A DNA stretch of 35,875 bases from Octopus sinensis (GCF_006345805.1 NW_021826235.1:1-35875); one strand, 5' to 3'. Numbered from the stretch's first letter, positions 23,472 to 34,766 are shown. Notes: generated by a model from the letters alone, not told the origin. Program-made: numbers and translations.

Positions 23472-23852
23472 GGAGGCGCAATGGCCCAGTGGTTAGGGAA
23501 GCGGACTCGCGGTCATAGGATCGCGGTTTCGATTCCCAGACCGGGCGTTGTGAGTGTTTATTGAGCGAAAACACCTAAAGTTCCATGTGGCTCCGGCAGG
23601 GATGGTGGTGATCCCTGCTGTACTCTTTCACCACAACTTTCTCTCACTCTTACTTCCTGTTTCTGTTGTACCTGTATTTCAAAGGGCCGGCCTTGTCACT
23701 CTCTGTGTCACGCTGAATATCCCCGAGAACTACGTTAAGGGTACACGTGTCTGTGGAGTGCTCATCCACTTACACGTTAATTTCACGAGCAGGCTGTTCC
23801 GTTGATTCGGATCAACCGGAACCCTCGTCGTCGTAACCGACGGAGTGCTTCC
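23472..23852 (+). mobile_element. SINE family C, full length
   Basis: Near-identical to 22620-23003. Confidence 0.92.
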
Positions 23853-23855
23853 AGA

Positions 23856-24545
23856 AAGGCGGCGAGCTCGCTGAATTGTTAGTACGCCGGGGGAAAATGC
23901 TAAGCGGCAGTTCGTCTGTCTTTTACGTTCTGAGTTCAAATTCCACCGAGGTCGACTTTACCTTTCATCCTTTTGGGGTCGATAAATTAAGTACCAGTTA
24001 CGTACTGGGGTCGATCTAATCGATTGCCCCCCATCCCCCAAAATTTCGGGCCGTTTGCCTACAGTAGAAAATAATATAAAATTATAATAGAAAGGATTAT
24101 TACAGAGACGGCGTTCTGGCTAAATCGTTAACAGGCCGGGCAACAAGCTCTGTGGCATTCCGTCTGCCTTTACGCTCTGAGTTCAAATTCCGCCGCGGTC
24201 GACTTTGCGTTTCGTCCTTTCGGGGTTGATAAATTAAGTACCAGTGAAAAACTGGGTCGATGTAATCGACTAGTCCTCTCCACACAAATTTCAGGCATTG
24301 TGCCAACATTAGAAAATATTATCATGGTTACTGCTCGGGAGAGAGGCTGACAGAGTTGTTGGAACGTCGTGAAAAATGTCTTACAGTATTTCATGCGGCT
24401 CCTTATGCACTGAGTTCAAATCCCACTGAGAACAGCCATGCTTTTTCATCTTTTGGGGATCGATAAAATAATGTACCAATCAAATACTGGGGTCGATGTA
24501 GTCGGCTAAACGACTCCCTTCAAAACTGCTGGACTCGTGCCAACA
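23856..24545 (+). mobile_element. Three adjacent, increasingly diverged SINE family B-related copies
   Basis: GAGTTCAAAT...TTTCATCCTTT.GGGGTCGATAAA..AAGTACCAG motif near 23930, 24180 and 24410. Confidence 0.85.
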
Positions 24546-24930
24546 TTTACTCTTTTACTTGTTTCAGTCATGTGACTGTGGCCATGCTGGAGCATCACCT
24601 GTAGTCGAGCAAATCGACTCGAGGACTTATTCTTTGTAAGCCTAGTACTTATTCTATCGGTCTCTTTTGCCGAACCATTAAGTTACGGGGCCGTAAACAC
24701 ACCAGTATCGGTTATCAAGCGATGTTGGGGGACAAACACGGACACACAAACATATACACACACACATATATATATGGGCTTCTTTCAGTTTCCGTCTACC
24801 AAATCCACTCACAAGACTTTGGTCGGCCCGTGGCTATAGTAGAAGACACTTGCCCAAGGTGCCACGCAGTGGAACTGAACCCGGAATCATGTGGTTCGTA
24901 AGCAAGCTACCTACCACACAGCTATTCCTA
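24546..24930 (-). mobile_element. SINE family A
   Basis: Similarity to 10824-11264. Confidence 0.9.
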
Positions 24931-24933
24931 CTC

Positions 24934-25270
24934 AAAGGCGACGAGTCGGTAGAATCGTGTCCGCCGAGGTCGACTTTGCCTTTCATCCTTTCGGGGTCGA
25001 TTAAATAAGTACCAGTTACGCACTGGAGTCGATATAATCGACTTAATCCGTTTGTCTGTCCGTGTTTGTCCCCCTCTGTGTGTAGCCCCTTGTGGGCAGT
25101 AAGGAAATAAGAATCGTGAGCACGCTGAACAAAATGCTTAGCAGCATTTCTTCCAGCTCTTTACGTTCCGAGTTCCGAGTTCAAATCCCACCAAGGCCAA
25201 CTTCACTTTTCAATCCTTTTGCGTATCGATAGACAAAATACCAATCAAGTCAAGCAATACAGTCAATTTA
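24934..25270 (+). mobile_element. SINE family B copy joined to an older B-like copy
   Basis: Family B body ending GGGCAGTAAGGAAATA at ~25109, flanked by duplicated AGAATCGTG (24951 and 25110). Confidence 0.8.
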
Positions 25271-25299
25271 ATCACTTTACTCTCTTCCTCCTCACTTAC

Positions 25300-25760
25300 T
25301 TAACAAATACCGTTTGTGTCAATGTCTTAACAATGTTTATTAGTTTCCTAGTATTGTTACATCCTGGAACGTGTCTACGTCTATCTATCCTTATCAGTAA
25401 TTTGTCAATGTCTTTACAGCAAGTGGTTGTGTAATTTTTCCAGTCTATACCAGTTATAAATGATATAATAGACGCATTTATTATCTGTCACTGTTACTAA
25501 TTCAACAGTTAAAATCACTGTGATTTCTTTTAGCTGCTCGGCTTTACACATCATTATAGTCATCTGGTATTGCTATCTCGATAATTAACAACACCATTGT
25601 CATTATTTTTGTCATGAAAAATGTCAGACTTGTTATATGTTGTCTGGTGTCCTTGCTTTAAGCAGAACTTCCATATTTTTTTTGAATTGTCATTTTCTGA
25701 GACAGCTGGACGGAAGCTCAAGTGTTTACAACAGATGCTTCTATGGAAAAACTTTTTAAA
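25300..25760 (-). mobile_element. Old degenerate R4/Dong-like restriction-like endonuclease fragment
   Basis: Manual translation: AVSENDNSKKIWKF...HQTTYNKSDI.HDKN...LLIIEIAIPDDYN, resembling the recalled ENxxxKILWDF...NKPDI...IDIAIP motif. Confidence 0.55.
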
Positions 25761-25902
25761 AGTTGTAGTATAGATTACGGCTTTTTTTTTTTATTATCTG
25801 AGTTCAAATCCCGCTGCGGCAGACTTTACCTTTTATGTTTTCGGGGTTAATAAAATAAGTTGATTTTTTTAAAATTTCCCACAAGGGGATAATACAGAAA
25901 AG

Positions 25903-26333
25903 GGATATTTTCGGTTTGAACGGCAGTTTTTCTAGCGGTGTCATATGAAATTGTCACCCATAATTATGACCCTAGTATCGATCTATTGCACTTCAATCTG
26001 TTTTAGGGTTAGTTTTAGTTAGGGTTAGGGTTAGGGGTGGGGGAAGGGTATCTTTTTTTCTTCACAAATGTAAATAAATCCAATCTGTTTCTTAAACGAG
26101 GGACATATTCATACGGTACAGAATGATTTTTAACTCAATAGACGTCACTGATTGGTTGAAATTGCAGAAATTGAAGAAAAAGAACAACAAATATCTTACA
26201 AACTATAGAATTTTATCAATAAAGCCAAGAGAAAAAGATGTTTTATAAACATATTCTACCAGTATACGAAGTTTAAAATTTTTTAGTTATCTAGAAATTA
26301 TGTTAAAAACTGCCGTTCAAACCGAAAAGATCC
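25903..26333. mobile_element. MITE with GG termini and 8-bp TSD (Merlin-like)
   Basis: TIR GGAT(A/C)TTTTCGGTTTGAACGGCAGTTTTT; flanks CAGAAAAG / CAGAAAAA; internal TTAGGG repeats at ~26003-26035. Confidence 0.85.
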
Positions 26334-26384
26334 CAGAAAAAGACAACACAATTTGATTGGGGTCAGATGGACGAATGGATATTA

Positions 26385-26638
26385 GGATCTTTTCACTTTG
26401 ACCGGCAGATTTAAAAAATATTTTTTTGTAACTAAACACTTTTAAACTTCGTATACTGGTAGAATGTGTCACATAAAACATTGTTTTCTCTTGGCGTTCT
26501 TGAGAAAATCCTGTAGTTTGTAAGCTATTTGTTGTTAAATTTCTCGTATTTCGGCAATTTCAGCCAGTATACGAGGTTTAAAAGTGTTTAGTTACAAAAA
26601 ATTATTTTTTAAATCTGCCGGTCAAAGTGAAAACATCC
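26385..26638. mobile_element. MITE with GG termini, long TIRs and perfect 8-bp TSD (Merlin-like)
   Basis: TIR GGAT(C/G)TTTTCACTTTGACCGGCAGATTTAAAAAATA extending ~75 bp; TSD GGATATTA (26377-26384 and 26639-26646). Confidence 0.92.
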
Positions 26639-27403
26639 GGATATTACATTAAGATGACATTAAAAATTCATAAGATAGAATATAAATATATCGAATGATC
26701 GGGCAAACCGGAAGACATTACGGATGGAAAGGAGAGGCAGGTTCAATTCGGACCCTACGAGCCCCGCTTCGCCACTGATACCTGAGATACGTTCTGCGTC
26801 ACATTCATGAGGTTACATTTACTCGCAATATCCGTGCTACATTCTTCCATCGATTTTCAAACATTTTCACAGTCAGGCATTTTTTCTCTAGCCCTATCTT
26901 CCTTTTAAGGTGAAAGGTGAAATAATTCACCAATTCAGGGCCAGAGATGAAAGTGCCTGACTTTAATCCTTTCAGCCTCGTCTTCCAAATCACCTCTCTC
27001 GCAATTGAGGTTGATAAAAAAAGTACCAGTTGAACACTGGAGTCGATTTAATCGACTTGACCCCCTTGAATAAATTTGCCGGCCTTGTGCTAAAATCGAA
27101 AACCATGACTTATTTTGAGTGGCGAATTAGCATAAACGGTAGCAAGTCGACAGAATGCTTAGTGGCATTTCCTCAGGCTTTTTACGTGCTGAGTTCATAT
27201 TCCACAGACGTAGAATCTCATCGTTTCAGGGTCGAGTGAGCACTGTGCCCGATATAACTGAATCCCTTCTCTTTTCAAAAGTGCTGACCGGGTACCAAAT
27301 TTAGAAATGAACAACTGTTGTGTCAAATAAGGCTGCGTGTTGGAAGAATTGCTTCAGCGACGGCAAAAAAAAAAAAAAGCTTGGCAATATCTATTCCGGT
27401 TAT

Positions 27404-27620
27404 AAGGCGGCGAGCTGACAGAAACGTTCGCATGCCGAGCTTGCTAAGCGGTATTTCGTCTGCCGCTACGTTCTGAGTTCAAATTCCGCCGAGGTCGACT
27501 TTGCCTTTCATCCTTTCGGGGTTGATAAATTACGTACCAGTTGTATACTGAGGTCGATGTAATCGACTGGCTCCTTTCTTCCAAAATTTTGTGCCTTGGG
27601 TCTAGAGTAGAAAAGAATAA
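27404..27620 (+). mobile_element. SINE family B (alternative-tail subfamily)
   Basis: AAGGCGGCGAGCTGACAGAAACG head and central domain; 3' tail differs from that of the array copies. Confidence 0.85.
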
Positions 27621-27769
27621 TTCTTCTCCCTAAAATAGCTGGCGTCTTTGTGTCTAAATTAGAAACAATTCTAGGGGTGGATGTGGAGAATCGTTAGACC
27701 GTCTGAAAAAAATAAAAAGTTTGTGTTACTCGCTGTGAGTTCAAATCCGGCCAGCAACTTCAGAAGGAG

Positions 27770-27936
27770 GATAAAGTTGATTACATCTAGCCCCAACTGG
27801 TACTTATTTCATCGACCCCGAAAGGAATGAAAGACAAAGTTGACCTTGGCGGAATTTGAACTCAGAACGTAAAGATGGACGGAATGCCGCTGAGCATTGT
27901 GCCCGGCATACAAACGGTTCTGCGAGTTCGTCGCCT
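27770..27936 (-). mobile_element. SINE family B diverged copy
   Basis: AACTGGTACTTATTTCATCGACCCCGAAAGG...GGCGGAATTTGAACTCAGAACGT. Confidence 0.8.
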
Positions 27937-27974
27937 ACACTCTTTATACAGAGTGAATCAAAAGTCGCCATACA

Positions 27975-28380
27975 TACTCTCTTTTACTCTTTTACTTGTT
28001 TCAGTCATTTGACTGCGGCCATGCTGGAGCACCGCCTTTAGTCGAGCAAATCGACCCCGGGACTTATTCTTTGTAAGCCCAGTACTTATTCCATCGGTCT
28101 CTTTTGCCGAACCGCTAAGTAACGGGGACGTAAACACACCAACATCGGTTGTCAAGCAATGCTAGGGGGGCAAACACAGACACACAAACATATACACACA
28201 CACTTATATATATATATACATATATACGACAGGCTTCTTTCAGTTTCCGTCTACCAAATCCACTCACAAGGCATTGGTCGGCCCGGGGCTATAGCAGAAG
28301 ACACTTGCCCAAGATGCCACGCAGTGGGACTGAACCCGGAACCATGTGGCTGGTTAGCAAGCTACTTACCACACAGCCAC
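27975..28380 (-). mobile_element. SINE family A
   Basis: Similarity to the other A copies. Confidence 0.92.
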
Positions 28381-28513
28381 ATCTTTTTATAAGAAACAGT
28401 TTGTAAGAACAGTTTTTTTTTTATTTAACAGGCTCTATATGGTTACCATTGTTTTGAATATACATTGCAATGCGCTTACCCCCACTCATTGTGAACTCGT
28501 AATAGCACATCTG

Positions 28514-29350
28514 TGGGGGCGCGTGGCTTAGTGGTTAGGGTGTCAGCATCATGATCGTAAGATTGTGGTTTGGATTCCTGGACCGGGTGACGCGTTGTGT
28601 TCTTGAGCAAAACACTTCATTTCACGTTGCTCCAGTCCACTCGGCTGGCAAAAATGAGTAACGCTGCGATGGACTGGCGTCCCGTCCAGCTGAGGAACAC
28701 ATACGCCATAGAAACCGGGAAACCGGGCCCATGAAGCTGGTTATTTGACACAACTGTTGTGTCAAATAAGGCTGAATGTTGGCAGAATTGCTTCTGCGAC
28801 GGCAAAAAACAAAAAGCTTGGCAATATCTATTCCAGTTATAAAGCGGCGAGCTGACAGAAACGTTAGCATGCCGAGCTTGCTAAGCGGTATTTCGTCTGT
28901 CGCTACGTTCTGAGTTCAAATTCCGCCGAGGTCGACTTTGCCTTTCATCCTTTCGGGGTCGATAAATTAAGTACCAGTTACGCACTGGGGTCGATGCAAT
29001 CGACTTAATACCTATGTCTGTCCTTGTTTGTCCCCTCTGTGTTTAGCCCCTTGTGGGTAATAAACGTTAGCATGCCGAGCTTGCTAAGCGGTATTTCGTC
29101 TGCCGCTACGTTCTGAGTTCAAATTCCGCCGAGGTCGACTTTGCCTTTCATCCTTTCGGGGTCGATAAATTAAGTACCAGTTACGCACTGGGGTCGATGC
29201 AAGTACCAGTCGATAAATTAAGTACCAGTTACGCACTGGGGGTCGATGCAATCGACTTAATACCTATGTCTGTCCTTGTTTGTCCCCTCTGTGTTTAGCC
29301 CCTTGTGGGTAATAAACGTTAGCATAAAAGGGTGCATTTATTTATTTATT
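28514..29350 (+). mobile_element. SINE family D (tRNA head, CORE/V-like body) with 14-bp TSD, interrupted at 28741-29325
   Basis: TSD TAATAGCACATCTG (28500-28513 and 29351-29364); head GGGGGCGCGTGGCTTAGTGG; GCGATGGACTGGCGTCCCGTCCAG segment; (TTTA)n tail. Confidence 0.85.
28841..29325 (+). mobile_element. Tandem SINE family B array with internal micro-duplication
   Basis: Units restart at AAACGTTAGCAT (29062 and 29314); duplicated GTCGATAAATTAAGTACCAGTTACGCACTGGGG at 29161 and 29209. Confidence 0.88.
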
Positions 29351-29545
29351 TAATAGCACATCTGGTGATACGTGTGCAAATGAGTTGGTGATGAGTGCCT
29401 TCAAATGAGTTGTCTTTTATCTTTCCGCGATACACCATGCTTTTCAAATGCCCCCAAAGACAGAAATCAAGAGGAGTCAGATCAGGGGATCTAGGGGATC
29501 TTACAAACTGTCCCATAAAAAAATTATTTTTTCCTATGTATGGAG

Positions 29546-29965
29546 ACTCTCTTTACTCTTTTACTCTTTTACTTGTTTCAGTCATTTGACTGCGGCCATG
29601 CTGGAGCACCACCTTTAGTCGAGCAAATCGACCCCAGGACTTATTCTTTTTAAGCCCAGTACTTATTCTATCGGTCTCTTTTGCCGAACCGCTAAGTGAC
29701 AGGGACGTAAACACACCAGCATCGGTTGTCAAGCAATGCTAGGGGGACAAACACAGACACACAAACATATACACACACACTTATATATATATACATATAT
29801 ACGACAGGCTTCTTTCAGTTTCCGTCTACCAAATCCACTCACAAGGCATTGGTCAGCCCGGGGCTATAGCAGAAGACACTTGCCCAAGGTGCCACACAGT
29901 GGGACTGAACCCGGAACCATGTGGTTGGTTAGCAAGCTACTTACCACACAGCCACTCCTGCACCT
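29546..29965 (-). mobile_element. SINE family A, full length
   Basis: Similarity to the other A copies. Confidence 0.92.
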
Positions 29966-30114
29966 ATTGTTGAATCACCCTGTATATTCCCTTTAGAAAA
30001 TGCAAGGACACGTCAGACAGCGTAGTTCCATCTACACTAATATATGACAAAAAGCAAGGAAGGTCATGGCTGGAGTGTATTAGATCATAGGTCTACTACA
30101 CCAAGTATTCTTTC

Positions 30115-30752
30115 TTTTTCCTTTACTGCCCGCAAGGGACTACACACAAAGGGGACAAACAAGGACAGACAAAGGGATTTAGTCGATTATATCGACCCCA
30201 GTGCGTAACTGGTACTTAATTTATCGACCCCGAAAGGATGAAAGGCAAAGTCGACCTCGGCGGAATGTGAACTCAGAACGTAACGGCAGACGAAATACCT
30301 ATTTCTTTACTGCCCACAATGGGCTAAACACAGAGAGGACAAACAAGGACAGACAGACGGATTAAGTCGATTACATCGACCCCAGTGTGTAACTGGTACT
30401 TAATTTATCCACCCCGAAAGGATGAAAGGCAAAGTCGACCTTGGCGGAATTTGAACTCAGAATGTAGCGGCAGAGGAAATACAGCTAAGCATTTCCCCCC
30501 ATCGTTCTAACGTTTCTTATTTCTTTATTGTCCACAAGTGGCTAAACATAGAGGGGACAAACAAGGACAGACAAAGGGATTTAGTCGATTATATCGACCC
30601 CAGTGCGTAACTGGTACTTAATTTATCGACCCCGAAAAGATGAAAGGTAAAGTCGACCTCGGCGGAATTTGAGCTCAGAACGTAACGGCAGACGAAATAG
30701 TGCTAAGCATTTCCCCACCGGCGTGCTAACGGTTCTGCCAGCTCGCCGCCTT
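30115..30752 (-). mobile_element. Head-to-tail SINE family B array (three units)
   Basis: Unit 3' ends at ~30115, 30300 and 30518; full head at 30725-30752. Confidence 0.92.
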
Positions 30753-30884
30753 CACACACCAGGTATTCTTTCGTTGACTCATAATTAACGTTCCAGTACC
30801 GGGAGTCGAACCAGCACCGACCGACCGAAAGATGAAAGTCAGGATTTTTAAGACACATGATGGCATTCTTGAAGTATTAGTGAC

Positions 30885-32691
30885 GGTATGTTGTTTTCGT
30901 TGTTATTCTTGTTGTCATTGCTGCTGTTGCTGCTGCTGCTGGTGTTGTTTGTTATTGTTGTTGTTGTTGTTTTTTTTTGGTTGTTGTTATTGTTGTTGCA
31001 GTTGCTTTTCTCTTCAAGCCTGCTTTAACAAACAGAGGTGGTGGCGGCGGTGGTGGTGGTAGTGGTCGTGAAGATGATCGTAGCAATGGTAACGGTGGTA
31101 GTGGTGGTGGTGGTGGTAGTGGTGGTGGTGGTGGTGGTGGTGGTGGTGGTGGCGGCGGTGGTGGTGGTGATGGTGGAGGAGCGGTAGTAATGGTGGCGGT
31201 GGTGGTGGTGGTGATGGTGGAGGTGGTGGTGGTGGTGGTGGTGGTGGAGCGGTAGTAATGGTGGTGGTGATGGTGGTGGCGGTGGTGGCAGTGGTGGTGA
31301 AGATGATCGTAGCAATGGTAACGGTGGTGGTGGTGGTGTTAATGGTGGCGGCGGTGATGGTGGTGGTGGTGGTGGCGGTGGTAGTGGTGGTGGTGATGGT
31401 AACTGCGGTGATGGTGGTGGTGGCGGCGGCGCAGTTAATAATTGCGACTGTTATGATGGTTGTAATCACCGCAGTCGTGTTGGCAATGCTCTGTGGCAAC
31501 GACCGTTTCAGCGGTAATGGTGAGATTGTCGTGGTTGAAGTAGTGGTGGTGGTGGTGGCCATGGTCATGGTGGGGGATGACGGTTGCAATGGCAGTGACG
31601 GTGGTATGGGGGATGAAGGTTTTGAATACACATTGCAATACGAATACACATTGACCTTCGTAGCGGTGGCGGATGTTGATTTGATGACCATTGAAGTGGT
31701 GGTGGTGTTGGTAATGGTATGTGCGGGGTGGAGGGTGAAGGGAAACCGTGATGATTGTGGTGACAGTGGTGGTAATGGTGGCGGTAGCGGTGGTGGTGGT
31801 GGTGGTGGTGGCGGTAGGGGTGGTGGTGTTGGTGGTCGTGGTGGTCGTGGTGGTCGTGGTGGTAATGGTGGCGGTAGCAGTGGTGGTGGTGGTGGTGGTG
31901 GTGGTAATGGTGGCGGTAGCGGTGGTGGTGGTGGTGGTGGTGGTGGTGGTGGTGTGGTGGTGGCGGTAGCGGTGGTGTGGTGGTGGTGGTGGTGGTGGTG
32001 GTGGTGGTGGTGGTGGTGGTGGTAGCGGTGGTGGTGGTGGTGGTGGTGGTGGTAATGGTGACGGTAGCGGTGGTAGTGGTGGTGGTGGTGGTGGTGTTGG
32101 TAATGGTGGGTGGAGGGTGAAGGGAAACCGTGATGATTGTGGTGACAGTGGTGGTATGGTGACTGTAGCGGTGGTGGTGGTGGTGGTTCGAAATTGACCA
32201 TCATAATGATGGCAGAGCTGGTGGTGGTGACCGTTGTAGTAGCGAGGGTGATAGAGAAGGAATCATTGTCGAAGTGGTGGTGGTGGTGGTTTAATCCCTT
32301 TGTCTGTCCTTGTTTGTCCCCTCTATGTTTAACCCCTTGTGGGTAATAAAGAAATAGGTATTCGTGTTGGTGTGGGAAGTGAAGATGATCATGGTGTTGG
32401 TGGTGGTGGTGGTGGTGGTGGTGTTACTGTTGTTGTTTTCGTTGTTGTTGTTGTTGTTGTTGTTACTCTTGGTGGTGGTGTTGGTGATGGTGGTGGTGAT
32501 AGTAATGATAGTAGTAGTAGTAGTAATGATTATGTTGGCAATAGTGATCGTGGTGGAGATGATGATGATGATGATGATAAGGAAGATGGCTGAAGATTGC
32601 CCTTCGAAGTCGTGGTGGAGCTGAGCCGGTGATAAAGGCCGTTATTAGCTGTAGTGGCGACGGCGGCGCAGAAAGAGTGATCACAGTAGTT

Positions 32692-32726
<35 letters not shown>

Positions 32727-32931
32727 GGTGGTGGTGGTGGTGGTGGTCGTCGTCGTCGTCGTCGTCGTAGTTGTAGTGGTGGTGGTGGTCGTCGTCGTCG
32801 TCGTAGTATTGGTAGTGGTGGTGGTGGTGGTGGTGGTCATCGTCGTCGTCGTAGTAATAGAAGTAGTGGTGGTGATGGAGGTCGTGGTAGTGGTGGTGGT
32901 CATCGTCGTCGTCGTTGTCGTCGTCGTCGTC

Positions 32932-32963
<32 letters not shown>

Positions 32964-33117
32964 GGTGGTGGTGGTGGTGGTGGTGGTGGTGGCGGTGGCG
33001 GTCGTCGTCGTAGTTGTAGTGGTGGTGGTGGTCGTCGTCATCGTCGTAGTAGTGGTGGTGGTGGTGGTTGTGGTGGTGGTGGTGGTGGTCATCGTCGTCG
33101 TCGTCGTCGTAGTAGTT

Positions 33118-33153
<36 letters not shown>

Positions 33154-33225
33154 TAGTAGTAGTAGTAGTATAGCAGTAGTGGTGATGATGGTGGTGGTGG
33201 TGGTAGTGGTGACGTTGTTAATAAT
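30885..33225. repeat. Large triplet low-complexity tract (GGT/GTA/GTC/GTT/GAT)n with internal duplications
   Basis: Direct reading; GTGAAGATGATCGTAGCAATGGTAACGG at ~31068 and 31297; GGTGGAGGGTGAAGGGAAACCGTGATGATTGTGG at ~31727 and 32109. Confidence 0.95.
32291..32356 (+). mobile_element. Isolated SINE family B 3' tail
   Basis: TTAATCCCTTTGTCTGTCCTTGTTTGTCCCC...CCCCTTGTGGGTAATAAAGAAATA followed by GGTATT. Confidence 0.85.
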
Positions 33226-33438
33226 GGCGGTAGTAAAGTCGAACGTAGCGGGAATGGCTGTTGCGGCCGTCTTTGAGTTTGTCGTAATTAATAGCTGCCG
33301 TGAGGCAGGTGCAGTATCTTAAATCACACACATTCTCTTAATATGAGCTCAATGCTAATACGATGTGTGCTGCTTTGCAATGTTACTTTGTTTGCTAATA
33401 TAAGAGTCTTATGTTATAAGCTCACGTCTTGTGTTCAG

Positions 33439-33528
33439 TGTGTGTCTATGCTATGCGGCGGCGCCGGTCGCCCAGTTGGCATACCGCCTGTCTCAGCTCA
33501 ATGCCCGACATATTTTACAACATACGAC
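33439..33528 (+). other. Candidate 90-nt host exon
   Basis: TCTTGTGTTCAG acceptor and GAC|GTAAGT donor; GC/CpG-rich unique island; no stop in any of the three frames; product unidentified. Confidence 0.4.
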
Positions 33529-33829
33529 GTAAGTGCATCGATTGATCGAGAAAAGATAGAAACGTTGAAACAATGAATATATATATAACGAATGTTTTCT
33601 GCGTTTGTTTTCCAATATGACCGACTCTTGATAATAGTTTTCTCATTAACAACAACACCCGAACGAATACAGACAGCTTCTAAATCATCACTCGATTTGC
33701 CAGAAATAGCACTAAGATATCTTCCGAACAACAAGGGGATTGAACAGTAACTTCCTATTTTAATATACTTATAATTTATTTATTAATTGTAATTTTTTTA
33801 AACCAAAGAATGGATATGAGAGGAAAGCT

Positions 33830-34130
33830 TTCAGTATGAGGCTTTATTTAAAATTCGATGTGGGCTCCAGATGTCGCCACCAGCTTCTTGAGTCGCCCAG
33901 GAATTGCATCAACTGATTTCACCAGAAACTCTTGTGGGATGGAAGAAGACATAACTTCTCATATTCACCCCTCAAGTTCTTCCAAAGTCTTTGGTTTGGT
34001 ACAGTAGACTTGTTCCTTTAACCAACCCCAAGAAAAGAAGTCACACAGTGTTAAGTTGGGATTTCTGGCTGGCCACTCATGTGGACAACAATGACCCTTC
34101 CATCTCCTGGGGGAAGTGGGCAGTCAGTCG
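33830..34130 (-). mobile_element. Tc1/mariner-superfamily transposase fragment
   Basis: WPARNPNLTLCDFFSWGWLKEQVYCTKPKTLEELEG (cf. WPPRSPDLTPCDFFLWGxLK). Confidence 0.82.
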
Positions 34131-34281
34131 TTTGTGAATGACAAGAGCAATACAATTATGGAATAGATTCTCATACTTCAAAAAACAAATAAAAATATTG
34201 AGAAAAAAATTACAATTAATAAATACATTATTTACGTTATTTACATTTGACGGATATTTGTTCTCATCTTGTTTGTTGTTA

Positions 34282-34322
34282 ACACAATGTTTCGGCTATA
34301 CCCTCCAGCCTTCATCAGGTGT
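34282..34322 (-). ncRNA. Minimal type I hammerhead motif (stem III mutated)
   Basis: ACAC-CTGATGA-A-GGCT...AGCC-GAA-ACAT-T-GTGT, within the inverted repeat arm 34233-34337. Confidence 0.75.
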
Positions 34323-34417
34323 CTTGGGGAAATTTCGAACCTGGGTTCTCCTTCCTAAGGTATGACCTGGACAATAATAATAATAATAATAATAATGATA
34401 ATAATAATAATAACAAT

Positions 34418-34541
34418 ATCCTACGCAGAACACTTTCCATACAATAACCATCAGAGCATCACAACAAATCACAGCACATACCCAAGGCACACAGAGCTGC
34501 GCTCGGTAGTGAAGTGAAAGCACGCTATAAAAATAAAACTA

Positions 34542-34550
<9 letters not shown>
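34418..34550 (+). mobile_element. R4/Dong 3' end in (TAA)n
   Basis: Near-identical to 22221-22353; (TAA)n on both sides. Confidence 0.88.
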
Positions 34551-34606
<56 letters not shown>

Positions 34607-34607
<1 letters not shown>

Positions 34608-34706
34608 TTCTGGTTTATTGGCCACAAGGGCTAACATAAATTACGAAAAACAAGTAAGGACAAATACATGATGAAAAGTACAAAGGGTTTTGTCCGAAAG
34701 AAAGGT
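34607..34706 (-). mobile_element. Probable LINE 3'-UTR fragment
   Basis: Minus strand ends TTAGCCCTTGTGGCCAATAAACCAGAA, similar to the SINE B and ORF1-only element tail. Confidence 0.55.
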
Positions 34707-34722
34707 CCGAAATTTCCCCAAC

Positions 34723-34766
34723 ACACCTGATGAAGGCTGGAGGGTATATCAGCCGAAATGTTGTGT
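34723..34766 (+). ncRNA. Minimal type I hammerhead motif (stem III mutated)
   Basis: ACAC-CTGATGA-A-GGCTG-loop-CAGCC-GAA-ATGT-T-GTGT, within the inverted repeat arm 34708-34815. Confidence 0.78.

Larger units (their letters stand above)
27949..29982 (-). mobile_element. Internally deleted Tc1/mariner-superfamily element hosting three SINE insertions
   Basis: TA|CAGAGTGAATCAAAAGTCGCCATACATA versus TATGTATGGAGACT[SINE]TTGAATCACCCTG|TA. Minus-strand PRSPDLTPLDFCLWGHLKSMVY (~29495-29430) continues across a TSD to VSPDVLLRVHNEW...IQNNGNH. Confidence 0.8.

Noticed and set aside
26003-26043. Telomere or chromosome-fusion site
   Set aside because: Only a few TTAGGG units, internal to a MITE
31014-33156. 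Long poly-Pro/His/Thr/Val ORFs resembling extensin or mucin
   Set aside because: Triplet repeats open in several frames on both strands, with a SINE tail embedded and no evident gene structure
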